The position numbers were made by a program, and so were the translations under genes. From NCBI GenBank assembly GCA_964649665.1, contig CAZYPU010000002.1, positions 5,855 through 69,854 on the forward strand: a DNA stretch of 64,000 nt. Direction: 5' to 3'. Below the pieces are notes generated by a model, which did no database searches, was not told the origin of the DNA, and saw nothing but the letters and a program-made list of their open reading frames with translations. Of the stretch, positions 1-9,319 are shown one piece after another. The stretch's first letter is position 1; every line of letters starts with the position of its first letter. This DNA is from an uncultured Planctomycetia bacterium (lineage in GTDB: Bacteria > Omnitrophota > Gorgyraeia > JABMRN01 > RBG-13-46-9).

Positions 1-2
1 TT

Positions 3-629
3 TTTGCGAGGATAATATACGCTTCGCGCATAGCGCTTTTAATAGGTTTTGTAGCGGTGGGCCTCGCGGCGATTATAGGTGTTTTTTTCGGGTCGGTGGC
101 GGGTTATTTCGGCGGAAAAATTGATTCAATAATAATGCGTTTTGCCGACGTGATGCTCTGTTTCCCGGCCTTTTTTCTGATTCTGGCCGTTATTGCCGTA
201 GTCGGGCCCAGTATTTTCAACATAATGGTTGTGATCGGCCTTACGAGCTGGATGGGCATGGCGCGGCTCATAAGAGCGGAAATTTTAAGCCTGAAGACGC
301 GTGATTACATTTCCGCCTCGAGGGTGCTCGGGGCGAGCAATTTTTTCATAATAACAAAGCACCTCATACCCAACGGCATAGGCCCGGTCCTTATAAGCTT
401 TATCTTCGGCGTCGCGGGCGCGGTCCTTACGGAAGCGGGTTTGAGTTTCATCGGCCTTGGCGTCCAGCCGCCCGATCCCAGCTGGGGCAATATCCTGATG
501 GAAGGAAAAGCGGTTATGGGCGTTGGCTGGTGGGTTATTCTTTTTCCGGGACTGGCGATTTTGATTACGGTGCTTGCGTTTAATTTACTGGGGGAAGGAT
601 TGCGCGATGCGCTCAACCCCAAGAAGTAA
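3..629 (+). CDS. ABC peptide/nickel transporter permease (OppC/DppC-like), 5' end outside window
   Basis: The frame is open from the window edge. C-terminal half of a binding-protein-dependent permease (SWMGMARLIRAEILSLKTRDYISASRVLGAS, GLGVQPPDPSWGNIL). Confidence 0.85.
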   Translation, partial: FARIIYASRIALLIGFVAVGLAAIIGVFFGSVAGYFGGKIDSIIMRFADVMLCFPAFFLILAVIAVVGPSIFNIMVVIGLTSWMGMARLIRAEILSLKTRDYISASRVLGASNFFIITKHLIPNGIGPVLISFIFGVAGAVLTEAGLSFIGLGVQPPDPSWGNILMEGKAVMGVGWWVILFPGLAILITVLAFNLLGEGLRDALNPKK

Positions 630-690
630 CCACGTAGGACCTACGCGGTCCTACCTCGTAGGCCGGACCTCGCAGGCCAGACAGGGTGTT

Positions 691-2247
691 ATGTTACTGG
701 ATGTAAAAGACTTAAAAGTTCAATTCGAGCACGACGGCGAGACGGTGAAAGCCGTAAACGGTATCGATTTCGCGATAAACAAAAACGAAGTGCTTGGGCT
801 GGTCGGCCAGTCGGGAAGCGGCAAGACGGTTACCGCGCTTTCCGTAATGAACCTGCTTCCGCGAAGGGATTGTGTCGTATGCGGCGAGATTGTAAAGAAT
901 TCCGGAATTGCCATGATTTTCCAGGAGCCGTTTACATGCTTGAACCCGGTTTTGCGGGTGGGGGAACAAATTGACGAGGCAGTGCTGGTGAGACGTTCCG
1001 GATCGGGCCAATCCGGCAATAGCGTATCGACCCGGTCCGTCAGGGCAGAAACATTCGCTCTCCTGGAAAAAGTAAAACTAAACGCCCCGCAAAGGATATA
1101 CGATTCATACCCGCACCTTTTGTCCGGCGGCCAGAGGCAGCGCGCCATGATCGCCATGGCGCTCGCGCTTTCGCCGGGACTTTTAATCGCCGATGAACCA
1201 ACGACCGCTTTAGACGTGACAACACAGGCGGCAATCCTGGATCTTATACTAAGCCTGAAAAAGGAATTGGGCATGTCCGTCCTCTTTATCACGCACGACT
1301 TCGGCATTATAAATAAGATCGCCGATAGAGTTCTCGTCATGAAAGACGGGAAAATCGTGGAAAGGGGGCTGAAGGGCGCTGTTCTTTCCTCGCCCACTGC
1401 GGACTACACGAAAAAACTTCTCGAGGCGGTACCGAAGCTAGGATCGACGGGGACAGGTCTTGGCCAGACACTATACCATCCTGATGAAAGACCCGTCCCC
1501 GTCGTTACCGTTAGAAATTTAAGCAAAACTTTTGTCCTCGAAAAAGGCGTTTTTAAAAGAAAAGCCGGCTGCATAGAGGCCGTTCGCGATGTAAATTTTG
1601 AAATAAAAGAGGGAAGGACACTCGGAATAGTCGGCGAATCCGGTTCGGGCAAGACGACACTGGCAAAACTCCTCGCGGGACTGCTAAAGGCAGATTCAGG
1701 CTCGGTGGGCATTTGTGCGCGTGAGGCCCAAATTGTATTCCAGGATCCGTATAGCTCGCTTGATCCGCGTATGCGTATGCGGGACATAATCCTGGAAGGC
1801 CCTGCGATACGTGGTACGGGAAAAAGCGAGAGGGAAAAAATTTTGCAGAAGGTGCTTTTTAAGGTTTATTTGAATTTGAAGGACAGTATGAAATATCCGC
1901 ACCAGTTTTCCGGGGGCCAAAGACAGAGGATTTCCCTCGCGAGGGCGCTGGCCGTTAAGCCGCGTATCCTTATACTGGACGAGCCGGTCTCGAGCCTTGA
2001 CGTTATAATCCAGTCGGAAATACTGAATCTCCTCAAAGATCTTCAGAAGGAACTTGCCTTAACCTACGTATTCATATCGCACGACCTCGCTGTTGTTGAA
2101 CGCATGGCGGACGATGTTGCGGTAATGTATAAGGGGGAAATCGTGGAATTTGGTTCGCGAAGCGAAATTTACAGATCTCCGAAGCACCCTTATACGAAAC
2201 GCCTGCTCGCCGGCGCATTGCAGAGCGGTTTGCATATTTCAGGATGA
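691..2247 (+). CDS. ABC transporter ATP-binding protein, fused double ATPase (OppD/OppF-like)
   Basis: Two Walker A motifs (GQSGSGKT, GESGSGKT), two signature motifs (LSGGQRQR, FSGGQRQR) and two Walker B motifs (LLIADEPTTALD, ILILDEPVSSLD). I chose the ATG at 691 (MLLDVKDLKV); the track start at 574 overlaps the permease. Confidence 0.85.
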   Translation: MLLDVKDLKVQFEHDGETVKAVNGIDFAINKNEVLGLVGQSGSGKTVTALSVMNLLPRRDCVVCGEIVKNSGIAMIFQEPFTCLNPVLRVGEQIDEAVLVRRSGSGQSGNSVSTRSVRAETFALLEKVKLNAPQRIYDSYPHLLSGGQRQRAMIAMALALSPGLLIADEPTTALDVTTQAAILDLILSLKKELGMSVLFITHDFGIINKIADRVLVMKDGKIVERGLKGAVLSSPTADYTKKLLEAVPKLGSTGTGLGQTLYHPDERPVPVVTVRNLSKTFVLEKGVFKRKAGCIEAVRDVNFEIKEGRTLGIVGESGSGKTTLAKLLAGLLKADSGSVGICAREAQIVFQDPYSSLDPRMRMRDIILEGPAIRGTGKSEREKILQKVLFKVYLNLKDSMKYPHQFSGGQRQRISLARALAVKPRILILDEPVSSLDVIIQSEILNLLKDLQKELALTYVFISHDLAVVERMADDVAVMYKGEIVEFGSRSEIYRSPKHPYTKRLLAGALQSGLHISG

Positions 2248-2282
2248 TTGGGTATACTTAATGAAACAAGGAGGAGGATATT

Positions 2283-2885
2283 ATGAAAATAATTTTTACG
2301 TGTTTGGTTATTGCCTCAAGCGTCGTTATCGTACTTTCGTTTTTCATGCCCTGGGCGAAAGTCAGCGTTTCGGCCGTTGGCGTATCGAAGCAATTGGCCG
2401 CTACTGCCGATAAGAAGCTGGGCGACTCGCCCATAGCGGGTAAAGTAATCGACAGGCTGAAAAAGATAACAGGCGCCGTAAGCAGTTTTGGCGACATAGA
2501 CGTGAAAACAACCATTACGGGTTACCGGATACCAAAGCTTGTTAACGATAAGACGTCAAAAGCCGCGATCTCGCTTGTGCAGATAATGTTCAAAAGCGCT
2601 GAAGGCATGGACTGGAAAAGCTACCTGGTTTATCTCTTGCCGCTTTTGGGGATTTTGTGCGCGATAATGGCCGTGTTGAGCCTGAAAAACGGTATTTATG
2701 TTATTCTGACGCTTATCATAAGCGGCGTGGTATCGATTGCGGGGCTTTACAATCTGCATACCACGGATGTTGGAAACATCGCTGTAAGGATAAGCATAGA
2801 AGCGGGCCTCTGGAACACGATGTACGCGTTCGCTTTCATATTTCTTTTTTCCTTGCTCCGGCTTATCCCGGGCAGAAAAAAATAA
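2283..2885 (+). CDS. hypothetical integral membrane protein
   Basis: N-terminal hydrophobic segment plus about 4 C-terminal TM-like segments. GGAGGA lies 6 nt upstream of the ATG. First gene of a tightly packed 4-gene set. Confidence 0.55.
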   Translation: MKIIFTCLVIASSVVIVLSFFMPWAKVSVSAVGVSKQLAATADKKLGDSPIAGKVIDRLKKITGAVSSFGDIDVKTTITGYRIPKLVNDKTSKAAISLVQIMFKSAEGMDWKSYLVYLLPLLGILCAIMAVLSLKNGIYVILTLIISGVVSIAGLYNLHTTDVGNIAVRISIEAGLWNTMYAFAFIFLFSLLRLIPGRKK

Positions 2886-2888
2886 TAG

Positions 2889-4313
2889 ATGCTTATCCTG
2901 CGCAGGATCGTTTTCTACGTTTTTGTCCTTTGTTACATCGTTTTCTGCCCGCTGGTGGTTTTATACGCGTTCGGGTATATTTTTAAGCCGCAAAGCGAAG
3001 ACATCGTAGTAAAAACGGGCATTTTATACTTTTCCACCGCGCCGGCCGGCGCGGTAATATATGTAAACGGCGAAGTTACGAAAAACAAAACTCCCGCCAT
3101 GCTCGATAAGCTCCTGCCCGGAAAGTACGCCATAAAGTTATTTCTTGAAGATTATGAAGTGTGGAGCGATACCCTGCCGGTAAAGGCCGGTGAGGCAACT
3201 ACGCTCGGCAAAATACTTCTTGTCCCGAAGAAGCGAAAAACCGAATCGCTTATTACGGGTGATTTTAGGGATTTGACCTACCTGGCCGGCACCCAGTTTT
3301 TGCTCGTTTCCAGGAGCGCCTCGGCCGGCGACTACGCCGTTTATGAATGTACGGGAAAGAATCAAGAGGCGCTTATTGGCGCCGGCCGAGGGTTTGCGGA
3401 TTGCGGGGTTATATCGCTTTTTACGGCGAGGGAAAGTTCCTGCGTCCTGCTTTCTGTCCGCCCGAAAGGCGCAAAAAAACTTTTTTTGTGGCTTGATCTC
3501 TCCGAAAAAGAACCAAGCGTATCGAACATTACCGATCTTTTCCCGGAAGAGCCGCGCTGGGTGACGTGGGAGGCCTCCGGCGGAGGCAATATTTTTACTT
3601 TTCAGGGAAATTCCGTAAACCGGCTGGACATTAAAGCAAAGGCGCTATATCCCGGTTTCGCTCAAGATGCCCGCGGCGTGGGCGTTGCCGGCGGGCTCGT
3701 TTACATTCTTGCGCCGGAGGGCACGCTTTCCTCGATGAACTACGAAAAAAATGGCGTGAACAAACTGCTGGAGGATGAAAAACTCGCCGGTTCCATTTTT
3801 GGCTCTTCCGGCGATTTTAGGATCATACCTTTTTCAAAAGACGTAATTCTTTTTACGGGGGAAAGCGGGGAACTTCTGGCCAACCGTCTGCCGTACAAAT
3901 TTGTTGAAAAGGGCACCGTGGGAATCGAGTTTGATCTCCCGCGCGAACGCGTCCTTTTGTGGCAGAAAGACAAAATCGGCATCCTGGACTTTTCAACCGA
4001 AGTAACCGGCGCTGTCGTGTTTGAGCAGGGCCCGCGGCTGGAGTGGATTTTTGAGGGCGGTAAAAACGTCGGAGAGGCATTTTGGGTTTACGAGGCCTCA
4101 CACGTTCTTTTTCGCGATGAAAACGACGTTTACCTTCTGGAGCTCCGGCAATACGGCAGGCCCCGCATGGATCGCGTGTTAACGGTTAAAGGGAAAACAG
4201 GGATCTTTTATTCGGAAAAAACGGGCCTCATGTATTACCTTGATCCCTCAAGCGGCAACCTCACCTCGGCTGAAATTATTCCCGGAAAAGCGGGAGCTCC
4301 GGCAAAAAAATGA
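2889..4313 (+). CDS. PEGA domain-containing membrane-anchored protein
   Basis: N-terminal TM segment, then a PEGA-type motif (STAPAGAVIYVNGEVTKNKTPAMLDKLLPGKYAIKLFLEDYEVW). Long C-terminal region that looks beta-rich. Confidence 0.7.
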   Translation: MLILRRIVFYVFVLCYIVFCPLVVLYAFGYIFKPQSEDIVVKTGILYFSTAPAGAVIYVNGEVTKNKTPAMLDKLLPGKYAIKLFLEDYEVWSDTLPVKAGEATTLGKILLVPKKRKTESLITGDFRDLTYLAGTQFLLVSRSASAGDYAVYECTGKNQEALIGAGRGFADCGVISLFTARESSCVLLSVRPKGAKKLFLWLDLSEKEPSVSNITDLFPEEPRWVTWEASGGGNIFTFQGNSVNRLDIKAKALYPGFAQDARGVGVAGGLVYILAPEGTLSSMNYEKNGVNKLLEDEKLAGSIFGSSGDFRIIPFSKDVILFTGESGELLANRLPYKFVEKGTVGIEFDLPRERVLLWQKDKIGILDFSTEVTGAVVFEQGPRLEWIFEGGKNVGEAFWVYEASHVLFRDENDVYLLELRQYGRPRMDRVLTVKGKTGIFYSEKTGLMYYLDPSSGNLTSAEIIPGKAGAPAKK

Positions 4314-5947
4314 AGTTTAATTTTTCGAAATACGGCATAAAAGGCGGGGAAAAAGCGCTCGAGCGCTTTCTTGAGATCATACCGGGCCTTACGAGCTGGA
4401 CGGTTATCGTGGGCATGTTTATCCTCGCGCTCGCAAAACCGGTTATTGCCGCGGCCATAATTATTGCCTTTTTAATTTACTGGTTCCTCAAGCTTGCGTA
4501 CCTGACGATATTTCTCATAATCTCTTATTTCAGGCTCTCCATTGAAAAAGACACGAACTGGATGAAAAGGGCCCGGGGTGTAAATGCCCCGGAGGTGTTC
4601 ATCAAGGCTTTAAGGAGCGCTTCCTCCGAAGCGCCGTTTGCAAAAAAGCTTTCGGATTATTTTTGCCGTAAAAGGCTTGAAGTCCTTACGAAAAATGGCG
4701 TGAAACCCCCGCCGCTTGAAGACATTTATCACCTGGTTATTATTCCGATAGCGAAAGAGACGCCCGACATCGTAGAGCCGGGCATTAAGAGTATCGCGGA
4801 TGGCACGTTCCCGCCCGAAAAAATTCTCGTAATTCTTGCGGTGGAAGAGAGGGCACAGGTCGATGTCAAGAAGGGGGCCGCGGACATCCGGGCGAAATAC
4901 AGGGGGAGGTTCCTGGATTTATTGGTAAACATGCATAAAGACGGCCTGCGGGGCGAAGCCCGCGTAAAAGGCGCCAACGCAAGCGTCGCCGCGAAAGTAG
5001 CCGCGGAATACTTCAAGACAAGATCTGTTTCATTCGAGAACGTGATTGTATCCTGCTTTGATTCCGACACTGTCGTGAACCCGCAGTATTTCGCCTGCCT
5101 TACTTACAGTTTTATGACCTGCCCCGACAGGACGCGTTCAAGTTTTCAGCCGATACCGGTGTATTACAACAACATCTGGGACGTGCCGGGCTTCGCGAGG
5201 GTCCTGGAGACGGGCTCTTCGTTTTTCCAGTTGATAGAGGCGACCAATCCCGAGCAGCTCGTTACCTTTTCAAGCCACAGTATGAGTTTTAAGGCGCTTG
5301 TCGATGTCGGCTACTGGCCGGTGGACATGATCTCGGACGATTCGGCTATATTCTGGAAGTCGTATATCCATTTCGATGGGAAGTACAGGGTCGTACCCAT
5401 GTACACGACGGTTTCAATGGATATCGTTGTCGCGAACACATGGTGGAAGACGATCGTAAACGAATACAAACAAAAACGAAGATGGGCCTGGGGCGTGGAG
5501 AACTTCCCGATAGTGGTGCGGGCTTTTTTGAAGGATAAAAAGATATCCTTATTCACCAAAATGAGGCTCGTCCTTAAATTGTTCGAGGGCCATATTTCAT
5601 GGGCCACATGGGCATTCCTTCTGACGGTAATCGTATGGCTTCCGCCACTCTTCGGCGGCCGGCATTTTCAGAAAAGCGTTCTTTATTATAGCGCGCCCAG
5701 GATCGACGCTATCATATTTAATCTCGCCTCCTTTTCGCTTATTACGAGCATTATTCTCAGCATTTGCCTTTTGCCGAAGCAGAAAATGAAGCACCCTTTC
5801 CTCCGAAGGATAGTTTTCGCCGTCCAGTGGCTGCTTATACCCGTTATCATCTTATTCCTGAGCGCTATTCCCGCTCTTGACGCTCAGACCAGGCTCATGC
5901 TGGGAAAGCGCCTTGAGTTCTGGGTAGCGCCGAAGAAGAAGGAGTAA
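4310..5947 (+). CDS. membrane-embedded family-2 glycosyltransferase, processive-synthase type
   Basis: N- and C-terminal TM clusters flank a GT-A core with DSD, SDDS and QKRRWAWG (QxxRW) motifs. 4-nt overlap with the upstream gene. Confidence 0.75.
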   Translation: MKFNFSKYGIKGGEKALERFLEIIPGLTSWTVIVGMFILALAKPVIAAAIIIAFLIYWFLKLAYLTIFLIISYFRLSIEKDTNWMKRARGVNAPEVFIKALRSASSEAPFAKKLSDYFCRKRLEVLTKNGVKPPPLEDIYHLVIIPIAKETPDIVEPGIKSIADGTFPPEKILVILAVEERAQVDVKKGAADIRAKYRGRFLDLLVNMHKDGLRGEARVKGANASVAAKVAAEYFKTRSVSFENVIVSCFDSDTVVNPQYFACLTYSFMTCPDRTRSSFQPIPVYYNNIWDVPGFARVLETGSSFFQLIEATNPEQLVTFSSHSMSFKALVDVGYWPVDMISDDSAIFWKSYIHFDGKYRVVPMYTTVSMDIVVANTWWKTIVNEYKQKRRWAWGVENFPIVVRAFLKDKKISLFTKMRLVLKLFEGHISWATWAFLLTVIVWLPPLFGGRHFQKSVLYYSAPRIDAIIFNLASFSLITSIILSICLLPKQKMKHPFLRRIVFAVQWLLIPVIILFLSAIPALDAQTRLMLGKRLEFWVAPKKKE

Positions 5948-5949
5948 TA

Positions 5950-7029
5950 TTGCTTGATATCGTTCGTAACTATGTCGCTTTTATAGTTTTTACTCTTATT
6001 CTTACTTCAATCCCCGCCCAAGCTGAACCCCTTCTCGTCGGCACGACATTCAGCCCGAGACAAAACGAATACCTGGGCCAGGACTGGAAAAAGGCCTATA
6101 TCTCGATCCTCGAGATGGGATTCGATGTTATTCGCCTGGCGGCCTACTGGAACGTGATTGAAAAAGAAAAGGACGTCTATAACTTCAAGGCGCTTGACTG
6201 GCAGATAAAGGAAGCGAAAAAAAGAAAAATTCCGGTTGTTCTTGTGGTCGGGATGAAGGCCCCGCGCTGGCCGGAATATCACATCCCGGAGTGGCTGCTT
6301 GCGGAAGTTGATCTTAAACCCGGACAGGAGATAGGCAAGAACCCTACCCTCGGCGAGAGGACCCTAAAATTCATAAAAAAAACAGTCAATCGCTATAAAA
6401 ACAAGCCTGCCGTTGGGTACTGGCAGGTTGAGAATGAGCCCCTGGGCCGTTTCGGGCCGCACTTCTGGTGGATAGGAGAGGAGTTTCTCGCGCAGGAGGT
6501 AAGCCTGGTCAGAAAGCTTGATCCGGGCGGCAGGCCAATTGTCATTACGGCGGAAACCTATCCCAACAATTTTATCCGGTTTATAATGGGGCTTATTCCT
6601 CCGAGGACGCCGATAAGGGACGCCATGCAACTGTGTGACATTCTCGGAATAAATATTTATCCCGCGGTGGGCAAGAAATTCTGGCGTTTTAACTACTATA
6701 TCCGGACGCGCCAGCTGGAGCGGCTGAGGTATTTTTCTAAACTCATAAAACAGGCCAAGCGCTGCGGCAAGAAGGTCTGGATTACGGAGCTTCAGGCGGA
6801 GCCCTGGGAGGCCGGCAAGCTGGTCCATAAGTCGCCGGAAAGGCCTGTAAGCATCTGGCCGGACATGATTCAAACAACATTTACTGAAATGAAAACGCTC
6901 GGTATTGACGCGGTCTTTCTATGGGGCGCCGAATACTGGTACTTCCGGAAAACGCGCTACGGCGATGTGGCCTGGTGGCAGCAAGCCGCCGACATCCTCA
7001 ATAAAAAGGTGTCAGGCACCTCTTTCTAA
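5950..7029 (+). CDS. glycoside hydrolase, clan GH-A (TIM-barrel, GH5-like)
   Basis: Signal/TM N-terminus. Candidate acid/base WQVENEP and nucleophile WITELQAEPWE motifs. TTG start 2 nt after the GT2 stop. Confidence 0.6.
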   Translation: MLDIVRNYVAFIVFTLILTSIPAQAEPLLVGTTFSPRQNEYLGQDWKKAYISILEMGFDVIRLAAYWNVIEKEKDVYNFKALDWQIKEAKKRKIPVVLVVGMKAPRWPEYHIPEWLLAEVDLKPGQEIGKNPTLGERTLKFIKKTVNRYKNKPAVGYWQVENEPLGRFGPHFWWIGEEFLAQEVSLVRKLDPGGRPIVITAETYPNNFIRFIMGLIPPRTPIRDAMQLCDILGINIYPAVGKKFWRFNYYIRTRQLERLRYFSKLIKQAKRCGKKVWITELQAEPWEAGKLVHKSPERPVSIWPDMIQTTFTEMKTLGIDAVFLWGAEYWYFRKTRYGDVAWWQQAADILNKKVSGTSF

Positions 7030-7039
7030 AAACCTTTAC

Positions 7040-7069
7040 AAAGAGGTGCCAGGCACCTTTTTGTATTTC
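7040..7069 (+). terminator. hairpin plus T-rich tail after the hydrolase gene
   Basis: AAAGAGGTGCC-A-GGCACCTTTTT followed by GTATTTC. A related half-copy lies inside the gene's 3' end. Confidence 0.5.
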
Positions 7070-7072
7070 TTC

Positions 7073-7101
7073 TTGCAACCCGCACCGTTTTGATATATAC
7101 T
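7073..7101 (+). promoter_or_regulatory. sigma70-like promoter for otsA (TTGCAA-17-TATACT)
   Basis: Hexamers with 17-nt spacing read directly. The -10 ends 11 nt before the ATG at 7113 and no SD is visible. Confidence 0.45.
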
Positions 7102-7112
7102 GATAATTACCT

Positions 7113-8579
7113 ATGTGGAGCACGACGCAGCTTAAAAAAACGATTCATAAGACAATTGGTGACCGGCTGTTGGTCATTGCCTCCAACCGCGAGCCGTATA
7201 TCCATGTTTACAAAGAGGGGAAGCTCAAGTATATAAGGCCTGTCGGCGGCGCCGTTACGGCTTTGGACCCGGTAATGAGGGTCTGCGCAGGAACATGGGT
7301 TGCGTATGGCGGTTCAAGCGCTGACAAGGAGGCGGTTAACAAAAAGAACGAGGTAAGAGTCCCGCCCGATGACCCCAAATACACTCTGAAAAGAATCTGG
7401 CTTACCAAAGACGAAGAAAACGGGTATTACTACGGATATTCGAATAGGGCCATATGGCCGCTCTACCACATGGCGTATACAAGGCCCAGCTTCGACGATG
7501 TTGACTGGGCGTATTACAAAATAGTAAATCAGAAGTTCGCCAACATCATACTCGAGGTAATAGGAAAGAAGAAAGCTTTCGTGTGGATACAGGATTATCA
7601 CCTTATGCTTCTGGGCAGGATGTTGAAGGAAAAAAATAAGGACCTTCTCACGGCACATTTTCTCCACATACCGTGGCCCAGCCCGGAAGTGTTCAGGATA
7701 TGTCCGCAGAAGTCCGAAATACTTAAGGGCCTCCTCGCGAATGACCTTCTTGGGTTTCACATAAGGCACCACTGCGCCAATTTTATTGAGACCGTAAAAG
7801 TCGAACTTGAGGCGAGGGTCGACAAGGAAAAAACATCAGTTACTTACGAAGGGCACGAAACGCTCGTGAGGGCGTTCCCGATCAGCGTGGATTTTGATGA
7901 GACGTCAAAATTGGCCGATTCGAAAGAAGTCAAAGCCATAGCTAAAAGATTAAAAGACGAATTTTCGATAGGCGATAATATTTTTCTTATCGTGGGTCTG
8001 GACCGCATTGATTACACAAAAGGCATAATCGAGAAAATCCAGGCCTTGGACCGCTTCCTGGAAAAATTTCCCAAGTACAAGGGGAAAGTCATGTTCATAC
8101 AAAAGGGCGGGCTAAGCAGGATACGCATAGATAAATACAAGGAGCTTAACGACAGGATGAACAGCCTCGTGGAGGAGGTAAACTGGAAGCACTCTACTGA
8201 AAAGTGGTTTCCCGTGGTGCTGGCAAGGCGGCACATGTCACGAAAGGAAATCACCGCTTTATACACCCTGGCGGACGCCTGCATTGTAAGCCCGCTTCAT
8301 GACGGAATGAACCTGGTGTGCAAGGAGTACATCGCGGCAAAGAATGACCTGAACGGCGTTTTGCTTCTCAGCCGATTTACGGGCGCCGCAAGGGAGCTGA
8401 AGGGCGCGATATTCGTAAACCCATACGACAGGGAAAATTTCGCCCTCGCGATAAAAAAAGCCATAGAGCTCCCGAAGGAAGCGAAAAAGAAAAGGATGAG
8501 GCGCCTCAGAAATGTAGTAAGGGAAAACAATATTTATAAATGGGCCGGAAAATTTCTGGAAGAATTAAAGAAGATCTAA
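7113..8579 (+). CDS. otsA: alpha,alpha-trehalose-phosphate synthase (GT20)
   Basis: GT20 hallmarks (LVIASNREPY, GGAVTAL, YYYGYSNRAIWPLYH, IQDYHLMLL, SPLHDGMNLVCKEY). Confidence 0.85.
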   Translation: MWSTTQLKKTIHKTIGDRLLVIASNREPYIHVYKEGKLKYIRPVGGAVTALDPVMRVCAGTWVAYGGSSADKEAVNKKNEVRVPPDDPKYTLKRIWLTKDEENGYYYGYSNRAIWPLYHMAYTRPSFDDVDWAYYKIVNQKFANIILEVIGKKKAFVWIQDYHLMLLGRMLKEKNKDLLTAHFLHIPWPSPEVFRICPQKSEILKGLLANDLLGFHIRHHCANFIETVKVELEARVDKEKTSVTYEGHETLVRAFPISVDFDETSKLADSKEVKAIAKRLKDEFSIGDNIFLIVGLDRIDYTKGIIEKIQALDRFLEKFPKYKGKVMFIQKGGLSRIRIDKYKELNDRMNSLVEEVNWKHSTEKWFPVVLARRHMSRKEITALYTLADACIVSPLHDGMNLVCKEYIAAKNDLNGVLLLSRFTGAARELKGAIFVNPYDRENFALAIKKAIELPKEAKKKRMRRLRNVVRENNIYKWAGKFLEELKKI

Positions 8580-9319
8580 AAAGGAAGATAAAAAACGCTA
8601 AAAAAATAATATTTTTTTTAGACTACGACGGCACCCTCACGCCCATAAGAAAAATCCCCTCCCTCGCCCGCATAGGAAAAAAATCCAAAAATCTTCTGGA
8701 GGAATTATCAAAAAGACCCACGTTTAAAGTTTTTATAATAAGCGGCAGGTCACTAAAAGACGTCAAAAATTTAATAGGCGTAAAATCAGTCTATTATATC
8801 GGAAATCACGGGATAGAGCTGGCCGGGCCCGGACTTAAATACGTGAATAAAAACGCGAAAAAACTAAGAGCCGTTATACGGAAAAGCTATAACGAGTTAA
8901 CGCGTTGCGTGAAATTAAAAGGGGTGATAGTTGAAAACAAAACCTATACCCTGAGCGTCCATTACAGGCTGCTTCGGCTTTCCAGGGTCGCGGCGTTTAT
9001 AAAAAAATTCAGCCGCATAACGGAAGATCTTAAAAAGAATAAGAAAATCAGTATTACCGAAGGGAAGAAGGTGTTCGAGGTCAGGCCCGCTGTGAAATGG
9101 GATAAGGGCGAAATCGTAAAATGGATATTGAAAAAAAACAAAAAATGCTTGCCAATTTGCATAGGTGATGATATAACTGACGAGGACGCGTTCCGCGCTC
9201 TTGGAAAAAGGGGTATTAACATTCTTGTTTCGGTACGGTCGCGCAAGACGAATGCCCGGTACAGACTGCGATCGCCGGGAGAAGTCGCAGGATTTCTGGA
9301 GTGGATATTAACGCTATGA
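8540..9319 (+). CDS. otsB: trehalose-phosphatase (HAD family)
   Basis: HAD motif I FLDYDGTLTPI and motif III GDDITDEDAF. It is the only in-frame ATG. It overlaps the otsA end by 40 nt. Confidence 0.8.
   Translation: MGRKISGRIKEDLKRKIKNAKKIIFFLDYDGTLTPIRKIPSLARIGKKSKNLLEELSKRPTFKVFIISGRSLKDVKNLIGVKSVYYIGNHGIELAGPGLKYVNKNAKKLRAVIRKSYNELTRCVKLKGVIVENKTYTLSVHYRLLRLSRVAAFIKKFSRITEDLKKNKKISITEGKKVFEVRPAVKWDKGEIVKWILKKNKKCLPICIGDDITDEDAFRALGKRGINILVSVRSRKTNARYRLRSPGEVAGFLEWILTL

Noticed and set aside
634-690. Stem-loops (GTAGGACC-tacgc-GGTCCTAC and overlapping GGTCC...GGACC) between the ABC permease stop and the ATPase start.
   Set aside because: They are short and unique in the window, and consistent with an ordinary intercistronic mRNA hairpin. 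They show no similarity to repeat families 1 or 2 beyond a CTACG/CGTAG core.
574-690. Upstream extended starts given by the ORF track: 574 for the ABC ATPase, 32030 for argJ, 47206 for the TIM-barrel protein, 47960 for the EndoIII-like protein, 53977 for the lipoprotein, 14802 for asd.
   Set aside because: The extensions overlap the preceding gene or a repeat arm and add non-homologous residues. Downstream starts give canonical N-termini, SD spacing or ATGA coupling.
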